Positions 18,856 through 27,897 of a stretch of DNA of 64,000 bases are shown here, piece by piece. The notes below the pieces were generated by a model. It searched no databases and was not told the DNA's origin. It was given only the letters and a program-made list of their open reading frames with translations. The position numbers were made by a program, and so were the translations under genes. The stretch lies in IMG/VR virus record IMGVR_UViG_3300037882_001770, positions 248,001 to 312,000 of that record; one strand, 5' to 3'. Position 1 is the stretch's first letter, and every line of letters begins with the position of its first letter.

Positions 18856-19436
18856 TGAGAGCACAAGAATTCCTTGCTGAAAACAAGCAAGCCACTGCAA
18901 AACAAGTGTTGGCCTATATCAACCAAACACACCACGAGCCCATGACCGCAAAGTTGACCACGGCTGTGCGGGCACACCCACAGTGGGAACTGCGTCAGGT
19001 TTCATTACAGAATCTCAACATACCTGATCAGGACTACGAAGATCCAGAACAAGAGCCCGAGAGTGACCCTTACGGTCGTGTTATGGCAGTTGATCCAGAT
19101 CATGCCAACGAATACAGCACTCGGGTAGTAGATCGACACCCTATAGTGATTGATGATCAAGGCTATATTATAGATGGTAATCACCGAGCTTGGGCCGCCG
19201 CAGAACTGTTAAATCGTGATTCTATATCAGCATGGGTGCCGGTTAAACAAGATATGACGGAAAACTTTGCTGATGGCAAGGTCAAAGGCAAAAGTCGTCC
19301 AGGGCGTGTAAAACGTAGTGGAGCTAGTTGCAACGGAAGCGTAACAGATCTACGAGCTCGTGCTAAACGTGCAAGTGGCGAAAAGGCCAAAATGTATCAT
19401 TGGTGTGCCAACATGAAATCAGGAAAGAAAAAATGA
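18855..19436 (+). CDS. ParB/Srx-like domain plus basic Cys module; CTS-like N-terminus
   Basis: MRAQEFLAE; PIVID...IIDGNHRAWAA; C-terminal ENFADGK...HWCANMKSGKK. Confidence 0.7.
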   Translation: MRAQEFLAENKQATAKQVLAYINQTHHEPMTAKLTTAVRAHPQWELRQVSLQNLNIPDQDYEDPEQEPESDPYGRVMAVDPDHANEYSTRVVDRHPIVIDDQGYIIDGNHRAWAAAELLNRDSISAWVPVKQDMTENFADGKVKGKSRPGRVKRSGASCNGSVTDLRARAKRASGEKAKMYHWCANMKSGKKK

Positions 19437-20863
19437 GATCAGATGAATTTATTTCAGAAAATTTAAAGAAGTGGTTCAAAGAAAAATGGGTGCGATTTGG
19501 CCCCGACGGCAAGATCCGTGGTGACTGTGCTAGAGGAAGCAGCGGCGAAGGAAAACCTAAATGTTTGCCACAATCAAAAGCACAGGCCTTGGGTAAAAAG
19601 GGTCGTGCTTCGGCCGCGGCCAAGAAGCGTAGGGAAGATCCTAACCCAGAGCGTCGTGGGCCAGCCAAGAATGTGGCCACCAAGGTTCGTGAGGATGCAG
19701 ACCAATGGGAATTACGCATTGTGGATCAGTGGGAAGACGACGATCCTGAAAGCTATGGCAAAATGGATGAGTATGAATTTGATGTGTTACACAATGGTCA
19801 AAGCGTAGGACGTGCTCGTGCTAACAATTATTTCGCCAATTTGTATGTGGACCTAGACAACGGCAAACACATTGAACTTACTCATCAAAAACATGAAAAT
19901 CATCCATTGATGAAGGAATACGAGCGTCTTGTCTGGGGCCTAGACGAAGGGCAAGACCTGGATGAAGCCTGCTGGAAAGGTTATCACAAAGAAGGTATGA
20001 AAACCATGTTTGGCAAACGCTACCCTAACTGTGTTAAAAACAAAAATGAAAGTTTAGAAGTGTACGTCAATCGTGGAGAATGCCCAGGTTGTGGCGGAAG
20101 CATGGTTGCCGAAGATCAAATTACAGAAAAACAAGATGCTTGTTATCACAAAGTAAAATCAAGATACAAAGTATGGCCCAGTGCTTATGCATCTGGTGCA
20201 CTGGTTCAATGTCGTAAAAAAGGTGCTAGTAACTGGGGCAACAGTAGCAAAAACGAAAGTGATGAACAAGAGCTAGATGAAAAATGGAGTCAAAAATACA
20301 AGAGTAGCATTAACTGTGCTGACCCCAAAGGTTTCAGCCAGAAAGCTCATTGTGCAGGTAAAAACGAAAGTGTGGAGAATATGATGGATGAACTAGATAG
20401 AATTTTAGAATTAAGTACAGGAATAAGTGCCGGCGAACGAGCCGAATTAAATGAAGAGTTTGATTTGATTGAATCAATTATTGACACCCTGGCCGATCGC
20501 AATGGTGTAGATGCAGAAGCAATTTGGGAAGACCTAGAAAGTCTTGATGATGATGAACTGTATGTATTTGCAGTTACCCAGGACCCTATCATGGAAGATT
20601 GGCAAAAAGCCAACAAGAAAGACAAGACAGCCGGAATGAGTCGTAAAGCGGTCAAGGCTTATCGTCGTGAAAATCCAGGTAGCAAACTACAAACCGCTGT
20701 TACCACTAAACCTAGCAAGTTAAAAAAGGGCAGTAAGGCCAGCAAGCGTCGCAAAAGCTACTGTTCTCGATCAAAAGGTCAAATGAACATGCACAATATC
20801 AGCTGTGCCAAGACTCCAGACAAAGCTATCTGCAAGGCGCGCCGTCGCTGGAACTGTGAATGA
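19433..20863 (+). CDS. Modular protein of short basic Cys-containing units; CTS-like N-terminus
   Basis: Likely start MRSDEFISE at 19433; Lys/Arg/Cys-rich units separated by acidic xxE linkers. Confidence 0.7.
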   Translation: MRSDEFISENLKKWFKEKWVRFGPDGKIRGDCARGSSGEGKPKCLPQSKAQALGKKGRASAAAKKRREDPNPERRGPAKNVATKVREDADQWELRIVDQWEDDDPESYGKMDEYEFDVLHNGQSVGRARANNYFANLYVDLDNGKHIELTHQKHENHPLMKEYERLVWGLDEGQDLDEACWKGYHKEGMKTMFGKRYPNCVKNKNESLEVYVNRGECPGCGGSMVAEDQITEKQDACYHKVKSRYKVWPSAYASGALVQCRKKGASNWGNSSKNESDEQELDEKWSQKYKSSINCADPKGFSQKAHCAGKNESVENMMDELDRILELSTGISAGERAELNEEFDLIESIIDTLADRNGVDAEAIWEDLESLDDDELYVFAVTQDPIMEDWQKANKKDKTAGMSRKAVKAYRRENPGSKLQTAVTTKPSKLKKGSKASKRRKSYCSRSKGQMNMHNISCAKTPDKAICKARRRWNCE

Positions 20864-21207
20864 GATTTAGCGAATTTGTTGCTGAACAATATCAGTCTCG
20901 TCCGGCTACATTTGCGGACGGAACACTGAGAATGAGCAAACACTTACAAGATCGTAGTGTGCAACGAGATATTCCTATGGCAAGTATAATGAAAGTTTTG
21001 CAGAAACTTGAAGCAGTACGTGGCAAAGATCTAGCAGCATTGCCGCCAACATCATTTATTGTTAAAACTCCTGAAAATTTTGAATTAGCTATTATCAAAA
21101 CTCAAAGCCTAACTACTAACAAAGTAGAATATATAGTAGCTACAGTTCGTCAACAACTAAGACCCGGAGCCGGACAACGAATTATATACCTGGAACAGCA
21201 ACAATGA
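20860..21207 (+). CDS. Hypothetical protein with CTS-like N-terminus
   Basis: MRFSEFVAE; SKHLQDRSVQRDI segment. Confidence 0.65.
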   Translation: MRFSEFVAEQYQSRPATFADGTLRMSKHLQDRSVQRDIPMASIMKVLQKLEAVRGKDLAALPPTSFIVKTPENFELAIIKTQSLTTNKVEYIVATVRQQLRPGAGQRIIYLEQQQ

Positions 21208-22148
21208 GAGCTCAAGAATTTTTATTAGAATATAGAGAGCCTAAAAGTAAACGTGCTCATCGTGGTGGAATAGATCTAGAAGCCTGGCAGGATGGCCTGC
21301 ACTTTCAAATCAATGCCACCAGCCACGGTCGTGAGCTGGGTCGTGTGGCGTTTGATGTTCAATTCCAAGGCAAAGATACAATTCTAGTAGCACAAGATTT
21401 AATGATACACCCAGAATATCGTGGACAAGGTATTGCCGCCGTCATGTATGATTATGCCAAAGAACTGGGCCATGTGGTTGAACGTAGTCCTGAGCAAACG
21501 GATGCCGGCAAACAATTCTGGGACAAGAATCGCGGCGAGGAAGGTCGTGTATGGGAGTCTGAGTTAGATGAAATAGCCCGCATACCGCAAGGTGACTTTG
21601 GCACACCTGGCACCATAGTTCCTCCTGGACCCGAAGTTGAGCGTAAGGAATTGCCCGGCGGGTCTGGACTAACCTACGGCGTAAACAAAGAAAACGATCT
21701 AATAGAAATTATGGTGTTTGATGGTGAGGATCTTGCAGGCGAACTTGACATAGTGTACACTCGCGGTCCAATGAAGACCTGGGCGGTGGATTCGGTTGCT
21801 GTGGAACCCAAGTATCGCGGTCGTGGTATTGCCAAGGCCCTGTACGGCATTGCACTCAGCATACTTAAACTACCGATCGAAGCTGGTCAAATACAAACTA
21901 GCTACGGTCAAAAAATGTGGCTCATGTTAAATAGTATACCCGGAGTTGAAATAGTAGGCGTAGCACAAGATCCAACCAAAGACTATCAACCCAGACCAGG
22001 AGATAACATTGTGCGGCAAAATGCAACATATACAACCTATACATTTCCAGTATCAGCCGGTCAATCCAGCATGCGCAGCCGTAGACCTGGTACAGGCATG
22101 TATACCAGACCCGATACCACAATGGTAGCAAGGTGGACAGGATCATGA
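21204..22148 (+). CDS. Tandem GNAT acetyltransferase with CTS-like N-terminus
   Basis: MRAQEFLLE; IHPEYRGQGIA and VEPKYRGRGIA acetyl-CoA motifs. Confidence 0.8.
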   Translation: MRAQEFLLEYREPKSKRAHRGGIDLEAWQDGLHFQINATSHGRELGRVAFDVQFQGKDTILVAQDLMIHPEYRGQGIAAVMYDYAKELGHVVERSPEQTDAGKQFWDKNRGEEGRVWESELDEIARIPQGDFGTPGTIVPPGPEVERKELPGGSGLTYGVNKENDLIEIMVFDGEDLAGELDIVYTRGPMKTWAVDSVAVEPKYRGRGIAKALYGIALSILKLPIEAGQIQTSYGQKMWLMLNSIPGVEIVGVAQDPTKDYQPRPGDNIVRQNATYTTYTFPVSAGQSSMRSRRPGTGMYTRPDTTMVARWTGS

Positions 22149-22354
22149 AAGCAAAAGAAATCTACGCAACATCAAAAAAACAAGCTACACAGTACAAACT
22201 TTGGGGAGCCAGTGTGTCTATCAAGCAGCCCAATTATGTTGGACGAATTGATGTTACAGTAACAGCCCCCAATGCTCAACAGGCTCGAGTACTAATGAAA
22301 GCTCAGTACGGTGTACAGGACTGGCAAGTAGGCAGTGTTCGAGAGATAAAATAA
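22145..22354 (+). CDS. Hypothetical protein
   Basis: MKAKEIYA..., ATGA overlap. Confidence 0.6.
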   Translation: MKAKEIYATSKKQATQYKLWGASVSIKQPNYVGRIDVTVTAPNAQQARVLMKAQYGVQDWQVGSVREIK

Positions 22355-22419
22355 GGGCTAGTGAGTTAACCGCAACTCCTACCTACATTCCCATGAAATA
22401 ATACACAGCTAAATACAGC

Positions 22420-22716
22420 ATGAATCGTAAATTTGTGCGTGTGTTAGCAGATGTATATTGTGACTGGGAAGGCCTGGCGCCCAACTATCGCGTTTACGTC
22501 AACGATGAATTATTTGCTGAACGCACATGGGTATGGACCAACGAATATTTAGAGGAAATGTTGCAGATTGAAGCACCAGTCGGTGAGTACAATATACGTT
22601 ACGAACTAGTTCCTCCACATTTGGCACATATCGAGGTAAAAAAGATATTTGTTGATTTTGGTCCTGGAACCATGATTGATAACCATACATTAAAGGTACA
22701 TGATGAGAGCCAGTGA
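22420..22716 (+). CDS. Hypothetical protein
   Basis: 98 aa ORF, TAAATA 4 nt upstream. Confidence 0.65.
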   Translation: MNRKFVRVLADVYCDWEGLAPNYRVYVNDELFAERTWVWTNEYLEEMLQIEAPVGEYNIRYELVPPHLAHIEVKKIFVDFGPGTMIDNHTLKVHDESQ

Positions 22717-22906
22717 GTTTATAGCAGAAAATGCCAGCGCAGGCGGCACTAGTAGTGGTAGTATAGCCACAGTGGCTGCACCACTAGGCGGCACCATTAG
22801 TAGAAATGGCGGGAGTTTCTTTACAGGCGCTAAATACTCTAACGACGCCTGTCCTAATACCCCGGACTGGATGAAGAAACAAAAAGGAAAACGACGTGTT
22901 AAGTGA
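22703..22906 (+). CDS. Small protein with CTS-like N-terminus
   Basis: MRASEFIAE-NASAGGTSSGSIATV. Confidence 0.65.
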   Translation: MRASEFIAENASAGGTSSGSIATVAAPLGGTISRNGGSFFTGAKYSNDACPNTPDWMKKQKGKRRVK

Positions 22907-23336
22907 TTTACTAAAAACTTATTTGGCAAGCACATTTGCCTATTACTTAAAAGCCCATATGTTTCACTGGAACGTTGAAGGCCCAGATTTTGGCGAATTA
23001 CACAAGTTTTTATCTAAAATTTATGAAGATGCATTTGATGCCATTGATCCCATTGCTGAATATATCCGTACCACAGAAGAATACGCACCTGGAAGTTTTG
23101 AACGTTTCCAAGAACTAAGCCAAATATCAGGACAAACTAAAGTTCCCCGGGCCCGACTAATGCTAGAAGAATTACTCGCAGATACACAAACCATGATTGA
23201 CATGAGTCGACAAGTGTTTGAGGCCAGCGCAGCAGAAGGTCGCGAGGACATTGCAAATTTTGCAGCAGAACGACAAAGTCAGCATGGCAAATACATGTGG
23301 CAGATGAAGAGTTATTTGAAAGATGCTAGGGCATAA
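22896..23336 (+). CDS. dps: Dps-family ferritin-like protein
   Basis: KAHMFHWNVEGPDFGELHKFL, DPIAEYIR, HGKYMWQM. Confidence 0.9.
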   Translation: MLSDLLKTYLASTFAYYLKAHMFHWNVEGPDFGELHKFLSKIYEDAFDAIDPIAEYIRTTEEYAPGSFERFQELSQISGQTKVPRARLMLEELLADTQTMIDMSRQVFEASAAEGREDIANFAAERQSQHGKYMWQMKSYLKDARA

Positions 23337-23339
23337 GGT

Positions 23340-24032
23340 ATGAGCAATCACAACGATATCTACAGCATAGTTGAACGTCTTAGAATTCTTGAAGAAGGCC
23401 TTGATGCTGATCAAAAAAGTGTAAATCAGTTGAGCGCAACATTCAAACCCAAAACAGTAGCAGTGCTTACAGCCAAGACTGATCCTAAAAATCCACTTGG
23501 TGGTAAATTGGTTGGGTCAGAAGGGGTAGAAGATCACGAAGAAGTGGTCGAAGCTGTTGCCACCGAAGACATTTTAGACAAGGTAAAAAACAGTTTTCAT
23601 GACTATTTAAAAAGTATCGAAAATGAAATCAAAAGCGATCCAGATCTCAAAGACAAGATAACCGCAGACTCAGATCTCAAAGACAAAGAAAAAAACAACC
23701 GAGATCTAGTTGCCAAGAAATCTAAAAAAGAAATTGACGAAGATCCCACCGAAGAAGAGCCAGTTACTGCTGAGCCACCAGTGGTTACCTCTCAAGAACC
23801 TGTAAAGAATCCAACCTATGCTGAATCAGCGTGTGTTAAGAGTATTACCATGGAAGATGGCCGTATTTGCGAAATTCACGGAAACGAAAGTACAGGATTT
23901 GAGATCCGTCACGGCAATCGTATTATGCCAAGTCGGTTTAAACATATCGATGATGCTACTATGGCTTTAGAAATGTTTAAAAACCGTCGTCGTACACAGG
24001 ACGAATCACAAGATTACATAGACGAAGCTTAA
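23340..24032 (+). CDS. Hypothetical acidic late protein
   Basis: 230 aa ORF with xxE-rich linkers. Confidence 0.65.
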   Translation: MSNHNDIYSIVERLRILEEGLDADQKSVNQLSATFKPKTVAVLTAKTDPKNPLGGKLVGSEGVEDHEEVVEAVATEDILDKVKNSFHDYLKSIENEIKSDPDLKDKITADSDLKDKEKNNRDLVAKKSKKEIDEDPTEEEPVTAEPPVVTSQEPVKNPTYAESACVKSITMEDGRICEIHGNESTGFEIRHGNRIMPSRFKHIDDATMALEMFKNRRRTQDESQDYIDEA

Positions 24033-24047
24033 AGAGAGAAAATAAAA

Positions 24048-26435
24048 ATGTTTGCCTTAGACTTATTTAACACGGACCACGAACGTCGCTTAACTGAAGG
24101 TGCAGTAGATACTTTAGAACAACGTAGAATCGACGACCTAGCTATGAAAATGGACGACCTTGTAGCTCGTGCAAAAGAACCAGCATACAAAAAAAATCCT
24201 GCTGCATTGGCCGCATTAATGAAAGAATTTCAAAAGTGCAAAGATGAGCGTGACAGCTATTACAAGATACGCGAAGCCGTTTGCAGTGAATGTGGTATGA
24301 GCGAAGGACAATGTGGGCACACCAACGAAGCCGGAATTCCGGGCAATATTCCAGTAGAAAAGATTCCAGGCAAGGAAGATCTACTCAAAGGCAAAGGCCG
24401 TAGTTATTACGAAGGCGCCGAAGACTATGCTGAGATCTACAGTCCAGAAGCTATTGCACTAGGAAAAAAATTCTGCGAACACTACAATATCACCGACGAT
24501 ACTGATGTGCAATTGGCAGTAGAAATAATTGACAGCTATATTGACGAATTTAAAGCAACCAACACACCAATTGATTTAAAGAAGATACGCAGCGGAGTAG
24601 CTGATGCATTTCGTCAGGTATATCGTGGTATGGGGCCAGGCCCATCATTTCGTAAAAAGTTCCAAGAAGCTCAAAAAAAAAGTCCCGAAACTAACCCGTT
24701 AGACCAGAAACTACAACGACTCAAGACACAAGCACGTAGACAGTTTCCACGTGCTCACAGTGACGAAGAAGCATTGCTACTCAAACTTCTGGACAAAGAG
24801 ACACAAAACGATCTAGCTAATCGTCGTACAGATGCACGTCAGGATACTGACCTCAAACAAAACTTTGCGTTTGATCAAGAACAAGAAGATGAAATTCAGG
24901 ATCTCCAGGCACAGACCGGTATCAAAGAACACGGTGGCGGCATTGGTCCACGACAGCACTGGCAAGACCTCATGCAAGAGCGTAAATTGTCACCAGGCGA
25001 TCCTGTTGTAGTTACCGGTCCCAACAAGTTTGAAGGCAAGACTGGTGAAATTAGTGAATTCAGTCCAAGTGGTAAGTTTGTAGTAGTTAACTTGTACAAT
25101 CACGGTGAACACAGCATGCACCTAAGCGATGTTACTTATAATGAATATGCTGACCAAGATGAAGATGATTGGTACGACGAAGATCAAGTTGAAGAAGATC
25201 AGGGTGCAGGACAAGTGGCTGTAAAGGCCGCAGATGATGCTGTAGTCAATACCATGGGCGAAGGCTGGAGTGATGCTATGCTTGCTCGAAGAACAGGCCA
25301 ACCGCGTACACCTTATTCAGTTTATATCAAGGGCAAGAAGTGGAAAGACTTTGCTAACGATGATCATGCTCGAGCAGTCATGGATAAACTAAAAGCCAAA
25401 TTCAAAGCTGAAGGACGTGATCCAAGTGTCATTACTATTGCTCCTACCGATATGTCAGAAGAAGAACAAAAACCAGAATTTGGCCAGTTCCCTCCAAAGC
25501 AGGAAATTACAATTGTTCCTCCAAAGAAATTAAAGTCTGGTGAAACATATCAGGATCGAAACAAATATTGGCAGTCACAGGGTCAAGCACCTATCTACAA
25601 AACAAACGAAGACACCGATCAAGCTAAACGAGTATTCAAAGACAAAGCCGGACGACCTGTAGGTGAGATTGGTATCGACCCAGAATCAAGCCCGGGCAAT
25701 GGCGAGTGGTATGTACATCACTATGCCACAGGTTATAGCGTTGTCGGATTTGACTCGGCCGCTGAAGCCAAACGCGAACTAATGTATGTTCACAAGCATC
25801 CAGACTCAGTCGAAGGACATCCATCGACAACAGAGCAAGGTGTGGCGGAAGCTGGCACAGATTATTCTAAGCGTCGGCAACGTGAACGTGATGTTGATTC
25901 AGGCAAGCCTGTAGCTCGTCAGCGCCAACCTCGAATGACTGACTATCAACGGCGTCGTGCTCAAGACAAGAAGGACATGGAGTTAGGCGAGGCATCTGGC
26001 GGAAACTATGAACAAATGAATTATAGAAACAGCCCGACAGATCCTTATGTTGTTTACGACCGAACCATGAAGGCTGTTATCTTAACAACTGATTCACTAG
26101 AGCAGGCTAAACAAGAAGCTATCGAGTGGGCCGAATATGACGACATTGATGTGTCGGTGATCAGCCGTGCTACTAAAAAATCTATTTTCCGTGTAAACGG
26201 GTATGCCGGTGCAGAAAAATATCTCAACGAAGAGCAAGACACTTCGGGTGTAGAACGTGCTATTTTAAATCGTATCATGGTAGCGCACACAGACTTGTTG
26301 ATGAAGTTTGGTCCTGAAAAAGTCATGCAGGCCGCTGAAGAAGTTGCTTACAACGTAGGCGATGTTGACGAAATTGGCACTAGCGATGTCAGTGCTTATG
26401 TCAATCAAGTCAAACAAATTCTAGGAGTAGTGTAA
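24048..26435 (+). CDS. Large modular late protein (KOW-like and Cys-pair units)
   Basis: 795 aa; LSPGDPVVVTGPNKFEGKTG (KOW-like), CSECG, acidic xxE spacers. Confidence 0.6.
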   Translation: MFALDLFNTDHERRLTEGAVDTLEQRRIDDLAMKMDDLVARAKEPAYKKNPAALAALMKEFQKCKDERDSYYKIREAVCSECGMSEGQCGHTNEAGIPGNIPVEKIPGKEDLLKGKGRSYYEGAEDYAEIYSPEAIALGKKFCEHYNITDDTDVQLAVEIIDSYIDEFKATNTPIDLKKIRSGVADAFRQVYRGMGPGPSFRKKFQEAQKKSPETNPLDQKLQRLKTQARRQFPRAHSDEEALLLKLLDKETQNDLANRRTDARQDTDLKQNFAFDQEQEDEIQDLQAQTGIKEHGGGIGPRQHWQDLMQERKLSPGDPVVVTGPNKFEGKTGEISEFSPSGKFVVVNLYNHGEHSMHLSDVTYNEYADQDEDDWYDEDQVEEDQGAGQVAVKAADDAVVNTMGEGWSDAMLARRTGQPRTPYSVYIKGKKWKDFANDDHARAVMDKLKAKFKAEGRDPSVITIAPTDMSEEEQKPEFGQFPPKQEITIVPPKKLKSGETYQDRNKYWQSQGQAPIYKTNEDTDQAKRVFKDKAGRPVGEIGIDPESSPGNGEWYVHHYATGYSVVGFDSAAEAKRELMYVHKHPDSVEGHPSTTEQGVAEAGTDYSKRRQRERDVDSGKPVARQRQPRMTDYQRRRAQDKKDMELGEASGGNYEQMNYRNSPTDPYVVYDRTMKAVILTTDSLEQAKQEAIEWAEYDDIDVSVISRATKKSIFRVNGYAGAEKYLNEEQDTSGVERAILNRIMVAHTDLLMKFGPEKVMQAAEEVAYNVGDVDEIGTSDVSAYVNQVKQILGVV

Positions 26436-26436
26436 C

Positions 26437-26541
26437 ATGCCATTATATCGATTCAAACATCCTTCTGATAAGACCTGGATTGAAATTGTAGCCGAAACTT
26501 TTGCCGAGGCATTAACAAAGTTAAAAGAATTGGCTAGATGA
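26437..26541 (+). CDS. Small hypothetical protein (34 aa, missing from ORF track)
   Basis: AGGAG RBS; MPLYRFKHPSDKTWIEIVAETFAEALTKLKELAR; ATGA overlap. Confidence 0.55.
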   Translation: MPLYRFKHPSDKTWIEIVAETFAEALTKLKELAR

Positions 26542-27173
26542 AGATTAGTGATTTTCAAATTACTGACCACAACAAGTTAGACACCATTCTGGTACGTCTT
26601 TGCGAAATGGTTGTAGAAGGACAATACAAAAAGAAACTAAATCTTGGTGTGGTAGCAGCTGCGGTTTTGGATCCCAACAACAACTGTGTGGTGGGCATCA
26701 ACTATCCCACACAGGACGGACGTCGTGTGCATGGCGAACGTGCGGCTATTGACAGTTATGTAGCTCGGTTTGGAGAGATACCGCCAGGCAGCATTATCAT
26801 CACAACCTGTAGCCCTTGCACCCAATCCATGGACGAACGGTTTGGCATCAATTGTAGTGATCTAGTAGATCAAGTGGGTGTGCATAAAGTGTATGCCGGC
26901 TACAAAGATCCCACACAGGATTTTGATAATAAACGATATCACATTGAAATTACCCGTAATAAAAAGATACAGGCCTTATGTAAGGCATTTGCCGACACCT
27001 TTTTGGAAGAATCATTAAATGAATTGAGTTTTTTAGGCAGTCCTTGCACTAAAGACTGCTCAGGACATCGTGCTGGTTATGCTTGGAGCCAAAGCAAAGG
27101 CGGTGTAGCAGGAAACAGTCCATTTAGTCCCAGCTTCAATAATGGTGCCAACCTGTTTGTAGCTGGTAAGTAG
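26538..27173 (+). CDS. Zn-dependent deaminase-fold protein with a C-terminal Cys module
   Basis: VHGERAAI (HxE) and TCSPC...C; second unit after LNE (CTKDCSGHRAGY). Confidence 0.75.
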   Translation: MKISDFQITDHNKLDTILVRLCEMVVEGQYKKKLNLGVVAAAVLDPNNNCVVGINYPTQDGRRVHGERAAIDSYVARFGEIPPGSIIITTCSPCTQSMDERFGINCSDLVDQVGVHKVYAGYKDPTQDFDNKRYHIEITRNKKIQALCKAFADTFLEESLNELSFLGSPCTKDCSGHRAGYAWSQSKGGVAGNSPFSPSFNNGANLFVAGK

Positions 27174-27177
27174 TTGC

Positions 27178-27822
27178 ATGAGTTTCCTGATAGCCAATAT
27201 ACCACCTGTAAAATGTTTTGTTCGCAGAGAGTTTCTATACAATCACGAACGTGGACACGGTGAGCTTGAGCCCTGCTACTGGGTCACAGCTAAGGCCATC
27301 AAGGGCCAGGCTTTTAGAATAGAGTGCATGCTGACCGAATACGGTGCCTTGTACGATAAATTGCCTATCAGTGCCTATGTATGGAAACCAGTCGAGCCCG
27401 ACGCTGTACTGGATCTAGACCACTTGCAGATTTGGGACTGTCTAGGTTATGACATTGCTGTGTTGGAAAAATCAAATCTACGCGGACTCAAGGTCAAATA
27501 CTTTGGCAAGGATAAACTGTTTCATTTTGGACAGTATCTGTTTACTATAGATTTTGCTGCACCCGACCATAACAGACTAGACGTTTCATTTAGTGAAGGC
27601 GTACAAGAACACAAGAGTTATAATTTTATTCGCCTGGATAATGGACAATTTGCCTGCCAGCCCAATAATCGTTGCTTGTGGTATGATGTGAGCCTAGTTC
27701 CGGCTGTGTTAAAGACACCCGACTTTAAGATACCCACAGACGTGTACTGCGTGGAGAATCAAGCCAAATGGTCTGCTGGTGGCGACGACTCTTGGTTTTA
27801 CCGTGGAACCGAAACATCATGA
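27178..27822 (+). CDS. Hypothetical protein
   Basis: 214 aa ORF, TAAGTA 5 nt upstream. Confidence 0.7.
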   Translation: MSFLIANIPPVKCFVRREFLYNHERGHGELEPCYWVTAKAIKGQAFRIECMLTEYGALYDKLPISAYVWKPVEPDAVLDLDHLQIWDCLGYDIAVLEKSNLRGLKVKYFGKDKLFHFGQYLFTIDFAAPDHNRLDVSFSEGVQEHKSYNFIRLDNGQFACQPNNRCLWYDVSLVPAVLKTPDFKIPTDVYCVENQAKWSAGGDDSWFYRGTETS

Positions 27823-27893
27823 ACCAATACCCTGTGTACCCGGAACAACAAGGTGAGGAGGATCGCCCAATCCTTCCATACTCACCTGTTTAA
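27819..27893 (+). CDS. 24 aa Pro/Tyr-rich micro-ORF
   Basis: MNQYPVYPEQQGEEDRPILPYSPV; ATGA overlap with the upstream stop. Confidence 0.45.
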   Translation: MNQYPVYPEQQGEEDRPILPYSPV

Positions 27894-27897
27894 AGAA

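Noticed and set aside
22369-22378. Short GAGTT/AACTC stem after 22354
   Set aside because: 5 bp stem without a U-tract; too weak to call.
23641-23690. 30 nt-period direct repeat CAGATCTCAAAGACAA
   Set aside because: Two copies only, coding (DLKDK); a local duplication.
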